Shown: positions 17,088 through 25,379, counted from the first letter of the stretch. The stretch is DNA of 64,000 bases from Chloroflexia bacterium (GCA_016928715.1 JAFGKG010000112.1:969-64968); one strand, 5' to 3'. Notes: generated from the letters alone by a model not told the origin. Program-made: numbers and translations.

Positions 17088-19569
17088 GGGGCGTGTTTTC
17101 CTCCAGCGCTTCCTGCACCGCCGCCCCGGCGTCGATCAAGCCGCAGCCATAGAGGTTGTTGGGCGTGCCGGTGGCGTCGCCGCAGGCGCAGATGGGCCCC
17201 TCGCCCAGCAGGGAGGCCTCCGGGCTGTTGGCCTCCTCAATGTCCTCGACGGTGCAGGCGTTATCCACCGGACGGGCTTGCGCCGTGCGGCAGAGCAGGG
17301 CCTCGGTGGCGTCAATGTCGCCGACTAGGTCGGGGTTGGCCGACCAGACCAGGGCCACCACGCCGACCACGTGGGGGCCGGCCATGGAGGTGCCGTCGGC
17401 GTAGCCATAGCCGCCGCCGGGCACGCTGGAACGCACGCCCGAGCCCGGCGCGGCGATGTCGGGCTTGAGCAGATCGCCCACCGGGCCGCGGCTGCTAAAG
17501 CCGGTCAGGTTGCCGCGGTCGTCGGTCGCCGCCACGGAAAAGACGGCGTCGTAGCGGGCCGGCGGCTCCACGGCGGTGCTGCAGGCCGGCCCGTCGTTGC
17601 CGGCGCTGACGACCATCATGATCCCCGCTGCGCGCAGGGCCATCACTGCCGGCTGCAGGGTGTCGTCCTGACAGCCCTCAAAGTCGGGGCAGCCCCAGGA
17701 GTTGTTGATGACCTGCGGGCTGTAGCTTACGTCGCCGTCGCGGAAGGGGTCTCCCCCGTGGGGATAGGGCGCCAAAAAGTACTCCATGCACTCGGCGTAG
17801 GAACCGGGGTTGCCAAAGCCGCGCCGCATGTTGCGGCAGCCGATCCAGCGGGCCCCCGGGGCCACGCCGGGGCGGTTGTTCCCGCCGTCGTCGCCCAGCA
17901 CGGTGCCCATGGTGTGGGTGCCGTGGTTGTCGTCGTCAAAGGGGACGGCGGCGTCGTCCCAGGCGTCGTGCCAGTTATAGTCGTGCACGGCCTCCTGGCC
18001 GTCCCAGCCGCGATAGTGGGCCTGCAGGGCCGGGTGGGTCCAATCGTAGCCGGTGTCCTGCCCGGCCACGACGACACCCTGCCCCAGTACGCCCAATTCC
18101 CAGGCCTGATCGGCGTGGATGGCCTGCAGGTTGGACTGGACCTCGGAGGAAGGGCTGTAATCCGAGCCGTAGGAGAGGGGCTGGCGGTTGGGGTACTCGC
18201 GCACGTTGGGGTTGAGGATCACCTGGGCCACGCCGGGCCGGTCCGCAAAGCGGCCCATCATCCAGCGGTGCCCGTCCACGCGGATCATGTTGATGAGGTA
18301 ATAGGGCCGGTAGGGCAGGCCCAGCTCGTCCAGCTCCTGGCGCAGCTCGGCCTGGCTGCGCTCGGCCGTCTGGACCAGGGCCTCGTAGACGTACTGCCGG
18401 CGGGCCTGCTCGTCGGCAATGTCGGCGGCCGCGCTGAGATCGGCCCGCTCCTCCAGGATGATGAGAAAGCCGTCGTCGTAGAATCCGGGGGCGCCGACCG
18501 AGAGGTACATAGCCGCCCAGGCCGAGCACAGGACCAGCATAAAGAGGCCGGCAAAGGCCAGGCGCATGGCGGTCGTGCTCCGGGCCTCCAGCACCTGCAG
18601 CAGCTTGCGCCCGCCCCAGAGGGCCAGGCCCAGCAGAAAAGCCCCCACGGCGGCAAAGACCAGGCTGCCGATGTGGCCGAGTTCGGGAATGCCCATGGCC
18701 TCCATGTCCCGGGGGTCCATGAACAGCGCGGGGAGGGCGCGGTAGGCCCAGGCCAGCGGGAACAGGGGGTACAGTCCTCCCTCGTGGGCCCGCAGTTCGC
18801 TGAGCAGTACCGCCAGGGGCAGCAGCAGGGCCGGCCAGAGCAGCGCCCCCCAGTCGGCGTTGGGCAGGGCCGCCCCCAGGCTGAAGGCCAGGTAGAGCAC
18901 CACCGTCATCAGGCCGGCCAGCCAACGGCGGGAGAGCTGGGCCCGCAGCAGATAGAAGAGCAGACCCCAGAACAGCAGCACCTGCGGCGTCATCTGGGCC
19001 AGGGAACGAAAGACGATCTCCAGGCTGGTCAGGCGGTCTCCCAGGGCGCCGGTGCGCGGCCAGAACAGGGTCAGCAGCGCGGCCAGGCCCAGGGCCAGCA
19101 GCAGGGTGGAGGGAGCCAGGCGGTGCAGGTCCAGAACCTGGGCGACGGAGCGTTCCTCTTGGCCCAGCAGGGTGGGAAGCCAGCGGGCCAACAGCAGCAC
19201 GTAGCCGACCAGGAGCAGCAGTTGCAGCAGGGCGGCGGTGTTGGCTTGGCCGGGCAGGGCGGCGCGCACCGTTCCCTCGATCATGAGATAGCCGCCGACC
19301 GCGCCCAGGCCGGCCGCGATGGCCAGGGTCGCTCCCCAGCCGGCGCGTCCGCGGAGCAGCCAGGCCAGGCCGGCCGCGGGCAGTGCGGCCAGCAGGGCTG
19401 CTGCGGCCGGCAGCAGGGTGGCCAGGTCGCCGGGCAGATTGGGGTCCTGTTGGACATTGCCCACCAGGACCGTCCCTCCGATCAGGGTCAACACGAACCA
19501 GAGCAGCAGAGCGGCGACCACTGCAGCCTGGGCGCAGCCCCGCTCCACGCTCGTTGTCGTTTCTTCCAT
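17035..19569 (-). CDS. S8 (subtilisin-like) serine peptidase with a large N-terminal polytopic membrane domain
   Basis: Catalytic triad motifs AGQDTGYDWTHPAL, DNHGTHTMGTV and GTSMAGPHVVG. The first ~370 aa have many hydrophobic helices. ATG at 19569 after GAGGTG. The 3' end overlaps the convergent GT4 gene by 53 nt. Confidence 0.85.
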   Translation of the reverse strand: MEETTTSVERGCAQAAVVAALLLWFVLTLIGGTVLVGNVQQDPNLPGDLATLLPAAAALLAALPAAGLAWLLRGRAGWGATLAIAAGLGAVGGYLMIEGTVRAALPGQANTAALLQLLLLVGYVLLLARWLPTLLGQEERSVAQVLDLHRLAPSTLLLALGLAALLTLFWPRTGALGDRLTSLEIVFRSLAQMTPQVLLFWGLLFYLLRAQLSRRWLAGLMTVVLYLAFSLGAALPNADWGALLWPALLLPLAVLLSELRAHEGGLYPLFPLAWAYRALPALFMDPRDMEAMGIPELGHIGSLVFAAVGAFLLGLALWGGRKLLQVLEARSTTAMRLAFAGLFMLVLCSAWAAMYLSVGAPGFYDDGFLIILEERADLSAAADIADEQARRQYVYEALVQTAERSQAELRQELDELGLPYRPYYLINMIRVDGHRWMMGRFADRPGVAQVILNPNVREYPNRQPLSYGSDYSPSSEVQSNLQAIHADQAWELGVLGQGVVVAGQDTGYDWTHPALQAHYRGWDGQEAVHDYNWHDAWDDAAVPFDDDNHGTHTMGTVLGDDGGNNRPGVAPGARWIGCRNMRRGFGNPGSYAECMEYFLAPYPHGGDPFRDGDVSYSPQVINNSWGCPDFEGCQDDTLQPAVMALRAAGIMMVVSAGNDGPACSTAVEPPARYDAVFSVAATDDRGNLTGFSSRGPVGDLLKPDIAAPGSGVRSSVPGGGYGYADGTSMAGPHVVGVVALVWSANPDLVGDIDATEALLCRTAQARPVDNACTVEDIEEANSPEASLLGEGPICACGDATGTPNNLYGCGLIDAGAAVQEALEENTPLNPGPKTPATAAPSAPN

Positions 19570-19625
19570 CGTACACCTCATGCTTTTGCTGGTGGTCTGA
19601 AAATAGCCCCGTCTGGGTCATCCCT

Positions 19626-19704
19626 GTAGGGGCAAGCCCGCCCCAACAAGTTGGGGATGTGGTTGCCCTCTATCCGACCGGGCAGCCACAAGGGCTGCCC
19701 CTAC
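19626..19704. repeat. two REP-like hairpins between the S8 protease and DUF1232 genes
   Basis: The first hairpin spans 19628..19668 (aggggcaa..ccccaac aa gttgggg..ttgccct). The second pairs 19680..19687 with 19693..19700 (GGGCAGCC acaag GGCTGCCC, then C-TAC). Confidence 0.7.
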
Positions 19705-19707
19705 TCT

Positions 19708-20217
19708 TCAGGCACCCCCGCCCCCCCCGGCGCCGCGCTGACCGAAACGGCCGCGCAGCAGGGAGAACACCCGGGAACCCAGGATATTTTCGGCGCCGGC
19801 GGCCGCCTTTTGCAGTTGTTCCAGCACATCCTCCGAGCCTGACCAGTGCTCGCGCAGGATATCCTCGCCGCCCTGGCCCATCAGGTCGAGCAGGCGCAGC
19901 AGGGTAAAGGCGATGGCGGCCAGGTCGTCGATCAGGCCAGCCCCGGGAATAAAGTCGGGCACCAGGTCCAGCGGCGAGATGACGTAGAGGACTGCGGCCC
20001 CGATCTGCAGCTTTAGCGAGCGGTCGATGCGCGGATCCCGCAGCAGCCGGATCATGAGGGTGAAAAAGTCGGGGACGAGCAGGACATAGTCCCGTACCGA
20101 CTGCGGCAGTCGTTTCTCCATCAGCCAGTAATCCACCCGCTGGCGCAGGCGGGTATAAAAACTTTCGGCTTGCTCGATCTGCTGGGCTAATTCTTGCTGC
20201 TGCTCAGTTTCACTCAT
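19708..20217 (-). CDS. DUF1232 (YkvA-like) membrane protein
   Basis: Motif YVISPLDLVPDFIPGAGLIDDLAAIAF. ATG at 20217 is preceded by GGAGGAGG. Confidence 0.75.
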   Translation of the reverse strand: MSETEQQQELAQQIEQAESFYTRLRQRVDYWLMEKRLPQSVRDYVLLVPDFFTLMIRLLRDPRIDRSLKLQIGAAVLYVISPLDLVPDFIPGAGLIDDLAAIAFTLLRLLDLMGQGGEDILREHWSGSEDVLEQLQKAAAGAENILGSRVFSLLRGRFGQRGAGGGGGA

Positions 20218-20252
20218 CGTCCTCCTCCCTGGATATCGGATCATTCAAGCAA

Positions 20253-20281
20253 ATTATAGCCGGAAATGGACGATTTGGCAA
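20253..20281 (-). promoter_or_regulatory. promoter of DUF1232 gene (TTGCCA-17-TATAAT)
   Basis: Minus-strand hexamers at 20281..20276 and 20258..20253. Confidence 0.6.
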
Positions 20282-20294
20282 TTGGCCAAATTTC

Positions 20295-20323
20295 TTGCAT
20301 GACAGGGCCGCATGTAGTACAAT
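20295..20323 (+). promoter_or_regulatory. promoter of PASTA kinase gene (TTGCAT-17-TACAAT; extended GTAGTACAAT)
   Basis: Hexamers at 20295..20300 and 20318..20323. This predicts a leader of about 185 nt. Confidence 0.6.
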
Positions 20324-20516
20324 ACGTACGATTGGGCAATGTGGGTAGGACAGAGCCGCCCGCCCCGAGTACGGTTTCCTTAGTACCTTACCACCGTATT
20401 CTTGCCCAAATAACAAGGATTTCAACCACAAAGGGCACATTAGTTCTTTACAGGTCTTGACATTAAGCGGCTTTGGAAAGCTTGTCGACACCTCCGATAG
20501 GAAAAAGGATAGGGGC

Positions 20517-22298
20517 ATGGACGGACAGGTCCTGGGAAATCGATACGAACTCGAGTCGGTCGCCGGTCAGGGGGGCATGGCCCTGGTCTACCGGGCTCGT
20601 GACCGGATACTGGGCCGGCCGGTGGCCATCAAGGTGCTGCGCCCCGAATACAGCAGCAGCGAGACCTTTGTCAAACGCTTTCAGCGTGAGGCCCGCGCTG
20701 CGGCCAATCTGACCCATCCTAATATTGTCTCCGTCTATGACGTTGGCCAGGAGGGGGATCAGCACTACTTTGTGATGGAGTACATCCAGGGGCCGACCCT
20801 CAAGCAGGTGATCCGCGATCGCGCCCCCCTGCCGGTGGACATGGCCCTGCGCATCGCCGAGTCGGTCTGCGCGGCGCTCGAGTATGCCCACCGCCAGGGC
20901 ATTATCCACCGGGACATCAAGCCGCAGAACATCCTGCTGCGGGAGGATGCCGACGTGGTCAAGGTGACCGATTTTGGCATTGCCCAGAGCATCCTGGACC
21001 CCGAGACGACGGCCGAGCGGCTGGCGATGGGTACGGTCAAGTACATCAGCCCGGAGCAGGCCCGGGGTGTAGACGTGCACCCCCAATCGGACCTCTATTC
21101 TCTGGGCGTTGTGCTGTACGAAATGCTCACGGGGCGACAGCCCTTTGAGGGGGATTCGCCGGTCAGTATTGCCCTGCAGCACGTGGAGGCGGAACCGCTG
21201 CCGCCCCGTCGGCTCAACCCCGCGCTGCCCCCAAACGTGGAGGGCATTGTGCTGCGAGCCCTGGCCAAGGACCCCCGCGCCCGCTTTGACAGCGCCCGGG
21301 ATATGCGCATGGCTCTGGAATACTACCGACTGGCCGGATCCGAGATGACCGGCCTGATTCCCCAGCCCGGTGCGGTCTCTCCGAGACCGGCCCCCGCGCG
21401 GGTGCAGGCCCCGGCGGCGGTCCCCCGGCGCGTTCCACCGCCCGAACAAAAGCGGCGCGGTTTGAACTATCCCCTGGTGTTTGTCCTGCTGCTGGTCATT
21501 GCGGGCGGCATCTATGGCCTGACACGACTGGTGCCGCAGATCTGGCCCTCCAACGGCAACGGAAATGGCCCCACTCAACCCACACCGCAGCCCACAGCCA
21601 CCGTCGAGCCCACTGCTCCGCCCGAACTGCCTGTGCCCGACCTGACCGGCATGCTGCCGGCCGAGGCCCGCGCCAAGCTGGAGGAAATGGGGTTCATCTA
21701 CCAGGAGGGCAAAGCCCGCTTTGATCCCTACAGCGAGCCCGGCCACGTCGTCGACCAGGACCCGCCCTATGGGGAGTACATGCCGCAGGGCACCGTGGTG
21801 ACGGTGACCCTGTGCAGCGAGCCCGGCCTGGCTCGGATCCCCCGAGTGGTGGACATGAGCTTTGCCGGGGCGCGCCTGACCCTGGAGCAGGCCGGCTTTC
21901 GAGTGCAGAAGGAGGGTGTTGGCTGTGCCGGCGAGCCGCTCGACCAGGTGGTGCGGCAGGAACCCCGCGGCGGCATCCAGGAAATCCAGGGCATCACCAT
22001 CACCCTCTATGTGAGCATTGGCGAGGAGGCCGTGCTGCCCGAGTTGCTGCGGGTGCCCCTGAGCCAGGCCCAACAGCGGGCGCAGGAGGCCGGCCTGTCC
22101 TGGGGCTATCCCAACCCACAGACCCAGGAGGACATGCCGCCGGGTGTGGACATTGACGACCTGGGCGCGCCGGGACAGGTCATCAGCTTTGTCATCGAGT
22201 ACGACGGCCAGCGCAGGACCAGCGGCGAGCTGCAGCCCGGCGACCGGGTGCCCTGCGGCGCCTGGGTCTATGCGGCCTACTATGCCACGAAACCCTAG
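20517..22298 (+). CDS. Ser/Thr protein kinase with C-terminal PASTA repeats (PknB-like)
   Basis: Kinase motifs GQGGMALVY, AIKVL, HRDIKPQNIL, DFGIA and SPEQA. One TM segment (LVFVLLLVIAGGIYGL). About three PASTA-like repeats. ATG at 20517. Confidence 0.9.
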   Translation: MDGQVLGNRYELESVAGQGGMALVYRARDRILGRPVAIKVLRPEYSSSETFVKRFQREARAAANLTHPNIVSVYDVGQEGDQHYFVMEYIQGPTLKQVIRDRAPLPVDMALRIAESVCAALEYAHRQGIIHRDIKPQNILLREDADVVKVTDFGIAQSILDPETTAERLAMGTVKYISPEQARGVDVHPQSDLYSLGVVLYEMLTGRQPFEGDSPVSIALQHVEAEPLPPRRLNPALPPNVEGIVLRALAKDPRARFDSARDMRMALEYYRLAGSEMTGLIPQPGAVSPRPAPARVQAPAAVPRRVPPPEQKRRGLNYPLVFVLLLVIAGGIYGLTRLVPQIWPSNGNGNGPTQPTPQPTATVEPTAPPELPVPDLTGMLPAEARAKLEEMGFIYQEGKARFDPYSEPGHVVDQDPPYGEYMPQGTVVTVTLCSEPGLARIPRVVDMSFAGARLTLEQAGFRVQKEGVGCAGEPLDQVVRQEPRGGIQEIQGITITLYVSIGEEAVLPELLRVPLSQAQQRAQEAGLSWGYPNPQTQEDMPPGVDIDDLGAPGQVISFVIEYDGQRRTSGELQPGDRVPCGAWVYAAYYATKP

Positions 22299-22485
22299 TA
22301 CAGTGTCAGATAAATTCTGTCATTCTGAGGAGGAGCAGTTGTGCAGCAACTGCGACGACGAAGAATCTCCTGGATGGCAAAAAGATGCGGCTTATTGTTA
22401 TTGTCCGTGAGATTCTTCACTTCGCCGCCTGCGGCGGCTCGTTCAGAATGACAGGTGCCTCAAAACCTATCTGACAGTGTACTAG
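22295..22485. repeat. 191-nt nested inverted-repeat (MITE/REP-like) element
   Basis: The termini are ctagtacagtgtcagata and tatctgacagtgtactag. The middle tier is tcattctga / tcagaatga. The inner tier is gaagaatctc (22360..22369) / gagattcttc (22409..22418). Each arm also carries a local palindrome. Confidence 0.8.
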
Positions 22486-22506
22486 TGAACGTTCCGAGGA
22501 GGGACG

Positions 22507-24003
22507 GTGCGGCGTCGGATGATCTGGCAGCGGATTGAGGCAGGCTCCTGGTCGGCCTGGCTGCTGGGGACGGTGCTGATCCTGCTGGTGGGCACCGCCG
22601 CCGGCCTGTCCGTCGTACGCTACGGCCTGCTGGCGCCTCTGCTCACGCTGTCCGGCCTGGTCCTGGCCCTGGCCGCGGCGCTGCACCCGTGCAGTGGCCT
22701 GTGGCTGGCCGGCGCTATCGCCATCCTGCTGCCCTTTGGCGTGCTGCCGATCAAGCTGGGGGCAACGCCCTCCCTTCTGGAGCTAACCCTGTTGGGCCTG
22801 CTGCTGGGTTGGGTATTGCCGCCTCTGCTTCGCGACGACCGCCGCTGGCATTTCTCCTGGCCGGATGGGCTGCTCTGGGCCTTTATGGCCCTGACCTGCT
22901 TTTCGCTGCTGCAGGGGTGGGGCCGGGGCCTCGACGCCAGCCTGCTGCACCACTATTTCAAGCTGCTGTTAGCCCTGCTGACCTTTTTCGGCGCCCGCCA
23001 GGTGCTGCGTCGGCCCGAGGACGTGCGGTGTTTTCTGCGCGTCCTGCTGTTGGCGGCCGGTCTGGCGTCCCTGTTGGGCTTGGCCCTCTATGCGCTACCC
23101 GATTCCCTGGCTCTGGAGGCCTTGACCCGCCTGGGACCCCTGGGCTACCCAACGGAGGGCCGGGTGCTGCGCTATGTCGAGGACGACCCGACCGGGCTGG
23201 AGCGGGCCATCGGCACCAGCGTGGACCCCAACAGCTTTGGCGGCATGCTGGCGCTGGCCGCGGCGGTGGCCGCGGGGGAACTGCTCTTGGGCCGGCCCTG
23301 GCGCGACCTGTTCGGCTCTCGGCGCAGCCGCCAGGAGAGGACCCGGCCGGTCCTGCCCCCTTGGCTGCTGCTGGCGATCCTGGGCCTGCTCCTGCTCTGC
23401 CTCTTTTTGACCCATTCGCGGGCCGCTCTGGGAGGATTTGCCGCCGGCGCGCTCTTTTTGGCCGCGGCGCGCTACCGCCGCCTGTGGTGGGTCGCCCTGG
23501 TCGGCGGGCTGGCCCTGGCCGTGCTGGTGGTGGGCCTGGGCAAGGGCGGGGCCGTGGTCGAACGCTTTCGTCAGGGCATCCGTTTTGAGGACCAGGCCAA
23601 TCAGATGCGTCTGGACGAGTATGCCAACGCCGCCGAGATCCTCCGGCGCTACCCGCTGCTGGGCGTGGGGCTGGGCCAGTCTCCGGATGTGGATCTGCAT
23701 ACGGGTGTCTCTAGCCTCTACCTGACGGTGGTCGAGCACATGGGGCTGCTGGGGTTGGCCGTCTTTTTGCTCTGCGTGGGGGCGGCCGTCTTCCAGGCCC
23801 TGCGTCTGTGTGGGGAGCGCGCTGCTGTGGAGGCTTCGGCAGCGCAACTGGCCTCCGGCCACCGCTTGGCCCTGCTGGCCGGCATCGCGGCAGCACTGGC
23901 CATCGGGCTGTTGGACCACTACTTTTTCAACCTGGAATTTCCCCATATGGCCGTGCTTTTCTGGTCCGTGCTGGGGGCGGCGACGGCTCCAGACCACCGC
24001 TGA
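22507..24003 (+). CDS. O-antigen ligase / Wzy_C family polytopic membrane protein
   Basis: About 12 TM helices. Wzy_C-like segment LLLCLFLTHSRAALGGFAAGALFLAAA. The start is GTG 22507 or ATG 22519. Confidence 0.7.
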   Translation: MRRRMIWQRIEAGSWSAWLLGTVLILLVGTAAGLSVVRYGLLAPLLTLSGLVLALAAALHPCSGLWLAGAIAILLPFGVLPIKLGATPSLLELTLLGLLLGWVLPPLLRDDRRWHFSWPDGLLWAFMALTCFSLLQGWGRGLDASLLHHYFKLLLALLTFFGARQVLRRPEDVRCFLRVLLLAAGLASLLGLALYALPDSLALEALTRLGPLGYPTEGRVLRYVEDDPTGLERAIGTSVDPNSFGGMLALAAAVAAGELLLGRPWRDLFGSRRSRQERTRPVLPPWLLLAILGLLLLCLFLTHSRAALGGFAAGALFLAAARYRRLWWVALVGGLALAVLVVGLGKGGAVVERFRQGIRFEDQANQMRLDEYANAAEILRRYPLLGVGLGQSPDVDLHTGVSSLYLTVVEHMGLLGLAVFLLCVGAAVFQALRLCGERAAVEASAAQLASGHRLALLAGIAAALAIGLLDHYFFNLEFPHMAVLFWSVLGAATAPDHR

Positions 24004-24034
24004 ACCTAGTCGTCATTTATTCGGAACCTTCCGT

Positions 24035-24063
24035 TTGACGTCTCTATCGGGGCGGGTTATAAT
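24035..24063 (+). promoter_or_regulatory. promoter of gmhA (TTGACG-17-TATAAT)
   Basis: Hexamers at 24035..24040 and 24058..24063. Confidence 0.65.
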
Positions 24064-24096
24064 CGGCCCAAGCAATCAACCAGGAGGCCTGTCTTG

Positions 24097-24675
24097 ATGG
24101 ATTTGCAACGCTTGATCGAAGAGGGTTTTCAGTCCAGCATCGCCCTGAAACAGCGGGTGCTGGCCGAGCAGGGCCTGCGGATCGCGGCGTTGGCCGAGCG
24201 CTGGGTCGAGTGCCTGCGGCGCGGCAACAAGATCCTGCTCTGCGGCAATGGCGGCAGCGCCGCCGATGCCCAGCACCTGGCGGCCGAGTTGGTCAACCGG
24301 CTGCTATTGGAGCGGCCGGCCCTGCCAGCCATCGCCCTGACCACGGACACCTCTATCCTGACCTCCACGGCCAACGACCGGGACTTTGGCCAGGTCTTTG
24401 CCCGGCAGGTGCAGGCTTTGGGCCGGGCCGGCGATATGCTCTTTTTGCTCAGCACCAGCGGACGCTCGCCTAACCTGCTGCGCGCGGTTGAGGCGGCCCG
24501 GGAGCGAGATTTGGAGGTACTGGCCCTGTTGGGCGGGGATGGCGGCCCCCTGTTGTCCCTCTGCGACCTGGCCCTGGTGGTGCCGGCGGTGCTCTCGCCC
24601 CGGGTGCAGGAGGTGCACATCCTAGTGGGGCACGTGCTGTGCCAGGTGGTTGAAGAGGCTTTGTTTGGGGAGTAA
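24097..24675 (+). CDS. gmhA: SIS-domain D-sedoheptulose-7-phosphate isomerase
   Basis: Motifs LLCGNGGSAADAQHLAAELVNR and LSTSGRSPN. AGGAGG lies 9 nt upstream of ATG 24097. Confidence 0.8.
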   Translation: MDLQRLIEEGFQSSIALKQRVLAEQGLRIAALAERWVECLRRGNKILLCGNGGSAADAQHLAAELVNRLLLERPALPAIALTTDTSILTSTANDRDFGQVFARQVQALGRAGDMLFLLSTSGRSPNLLRAVEAARERDLEVLALLGGDGGPLLSLCDLALVVPAVLSPRVQEVHILVGHVLCQVVEEALFGE

Positions 24676-24682
24676 GCCTATC

Positions 24683-24711
24683 TTGCACGAATTCTCCTCT
24701 TGGGGTATAAT
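24683..24711 (+). promoter_or_regulatory. distal promoter upstream of CODH/ACS cluster (TTGCAC-17-TATAAT)
   Basis: Hexamers at 24683..24688 and 24706..24711. Confidence 0.6.
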
Positions 24712-24813
24712 GCCCCTGGGCAGTTAGGGTTCGTTCGTTGTTTTGGACCCGCCCCCGCCCTGCCCAATCCGGAGTGTTTTGCCCCCCCGTACGGCCTTGC
24801 GGATCGGCGCAAT

Positions 24814-24842
24814 TTGCCCCGGTAGGGCTTTTGTGGTAAAAT
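24814..24842 (+). promoter_or_regulatory. proximal promoter upstream of CODH/ACS cluster (TTGCCC-17-TAAAAT, TGg extended -10)
   Basis: Hexamers at 24814..24819 and 24837..24842. Confidence 0.55.
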
Positions 24843-25049
24843 GACGCGCGGTGTCTACTTTCCACAGGCGGAATATCAATGACCCAGGCACAAAGGTGTG
24901 ACCATGCAGCAAGTCCGAGAGCGGGCCACGGCGCGGGGCGATGCCCTGGTCGTCGGCTTTTTTTGTACCCGCAATTTGGCGGGCGGAAGGATTGCCGCAG
25001 GCTTGGAATCGTCCATTTTTCAGGACCGATGTAGAAGGAGGTTGGCTCA

Positions 25050-25379
25050 ATGGAAAGTGTGTTAAAAGTCCCCAATCTGTACGCGGATCACCATGTATTA
25101 AAAGTTCGGGAAATCCTGGGCCAGATTGCCGGGGTCGAAGAGGTGTACGCCAGCGCGGCCTTTAAAAAGGTCCGCGTCTCTTTCGACCCTGGAGAGACCT
25201 CGGCCGAGGCGTTGGAGCAGGCGCTGGAGCAGGCCGGTTACGGGAGCGGGGAGCATATCTACTGTGTCGACCCGCCGGCTTCCAAAGAGGATGGATCCTT
25301 TTGGCATACGGCCCGGCCGCGGGAGACGGATACAAACGCCCTGGATATCGAGATGTCGGGCGACTTTCGCAAGTACTAG
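25050..25379 (+). CDS. HMA-fold (ferredoxin-like) small protein lacking the CxxC metal site
   Basis: 109 aa with RBS GAAGGAGG upstream. The pattern LKVPNLYADHHVLKVREILGQIAGVEEVYASAAFKKVRVSFDP......LEQALEQAGY follows the HMA beta-alpha-beta-beta-alpha-beta layout. GMxCxxC is replaced by NLYADHH. Confidence 0.6.
   Translation: MESVLKVPNLYADHHVLKVREILGQIAGVEEVYASAAFKKVRVSFDPGETSAEALEQALEQAGYGSGEHIYCVDPPASKEDGSFWHTARPRETDTNALDIEMSGDFRKY

Noticed and set aside
17371-19629. A 752-aa plus-strand ORF and a 548-aa alternate-frame minus ORF (17975..19621), both overlapping the S8 protease gene.
   Set aside because: Their composition is Arg/Gly/Pro/Ala-rich and motif-free. The S8 frame carries the full catalytic triad and sensible TM helices.
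20463-22073. A 536-aa minus-strand ORF across the PASTA kinase.
   Set aside because: It is antisense to a gene with complete Hanks-kinase motifs, and it has no motifs of its own.
24904-25065. A 53-codon sORF in the CODH leader with an AAGGTG-like RBS.
   Set aside because: It has no recognisable family, it overlaps the start of the HMA-like gene out of frame, and its composition looks like random high-GC sequence. Coding cannot be supported without conservation or ribosome-profiling data.
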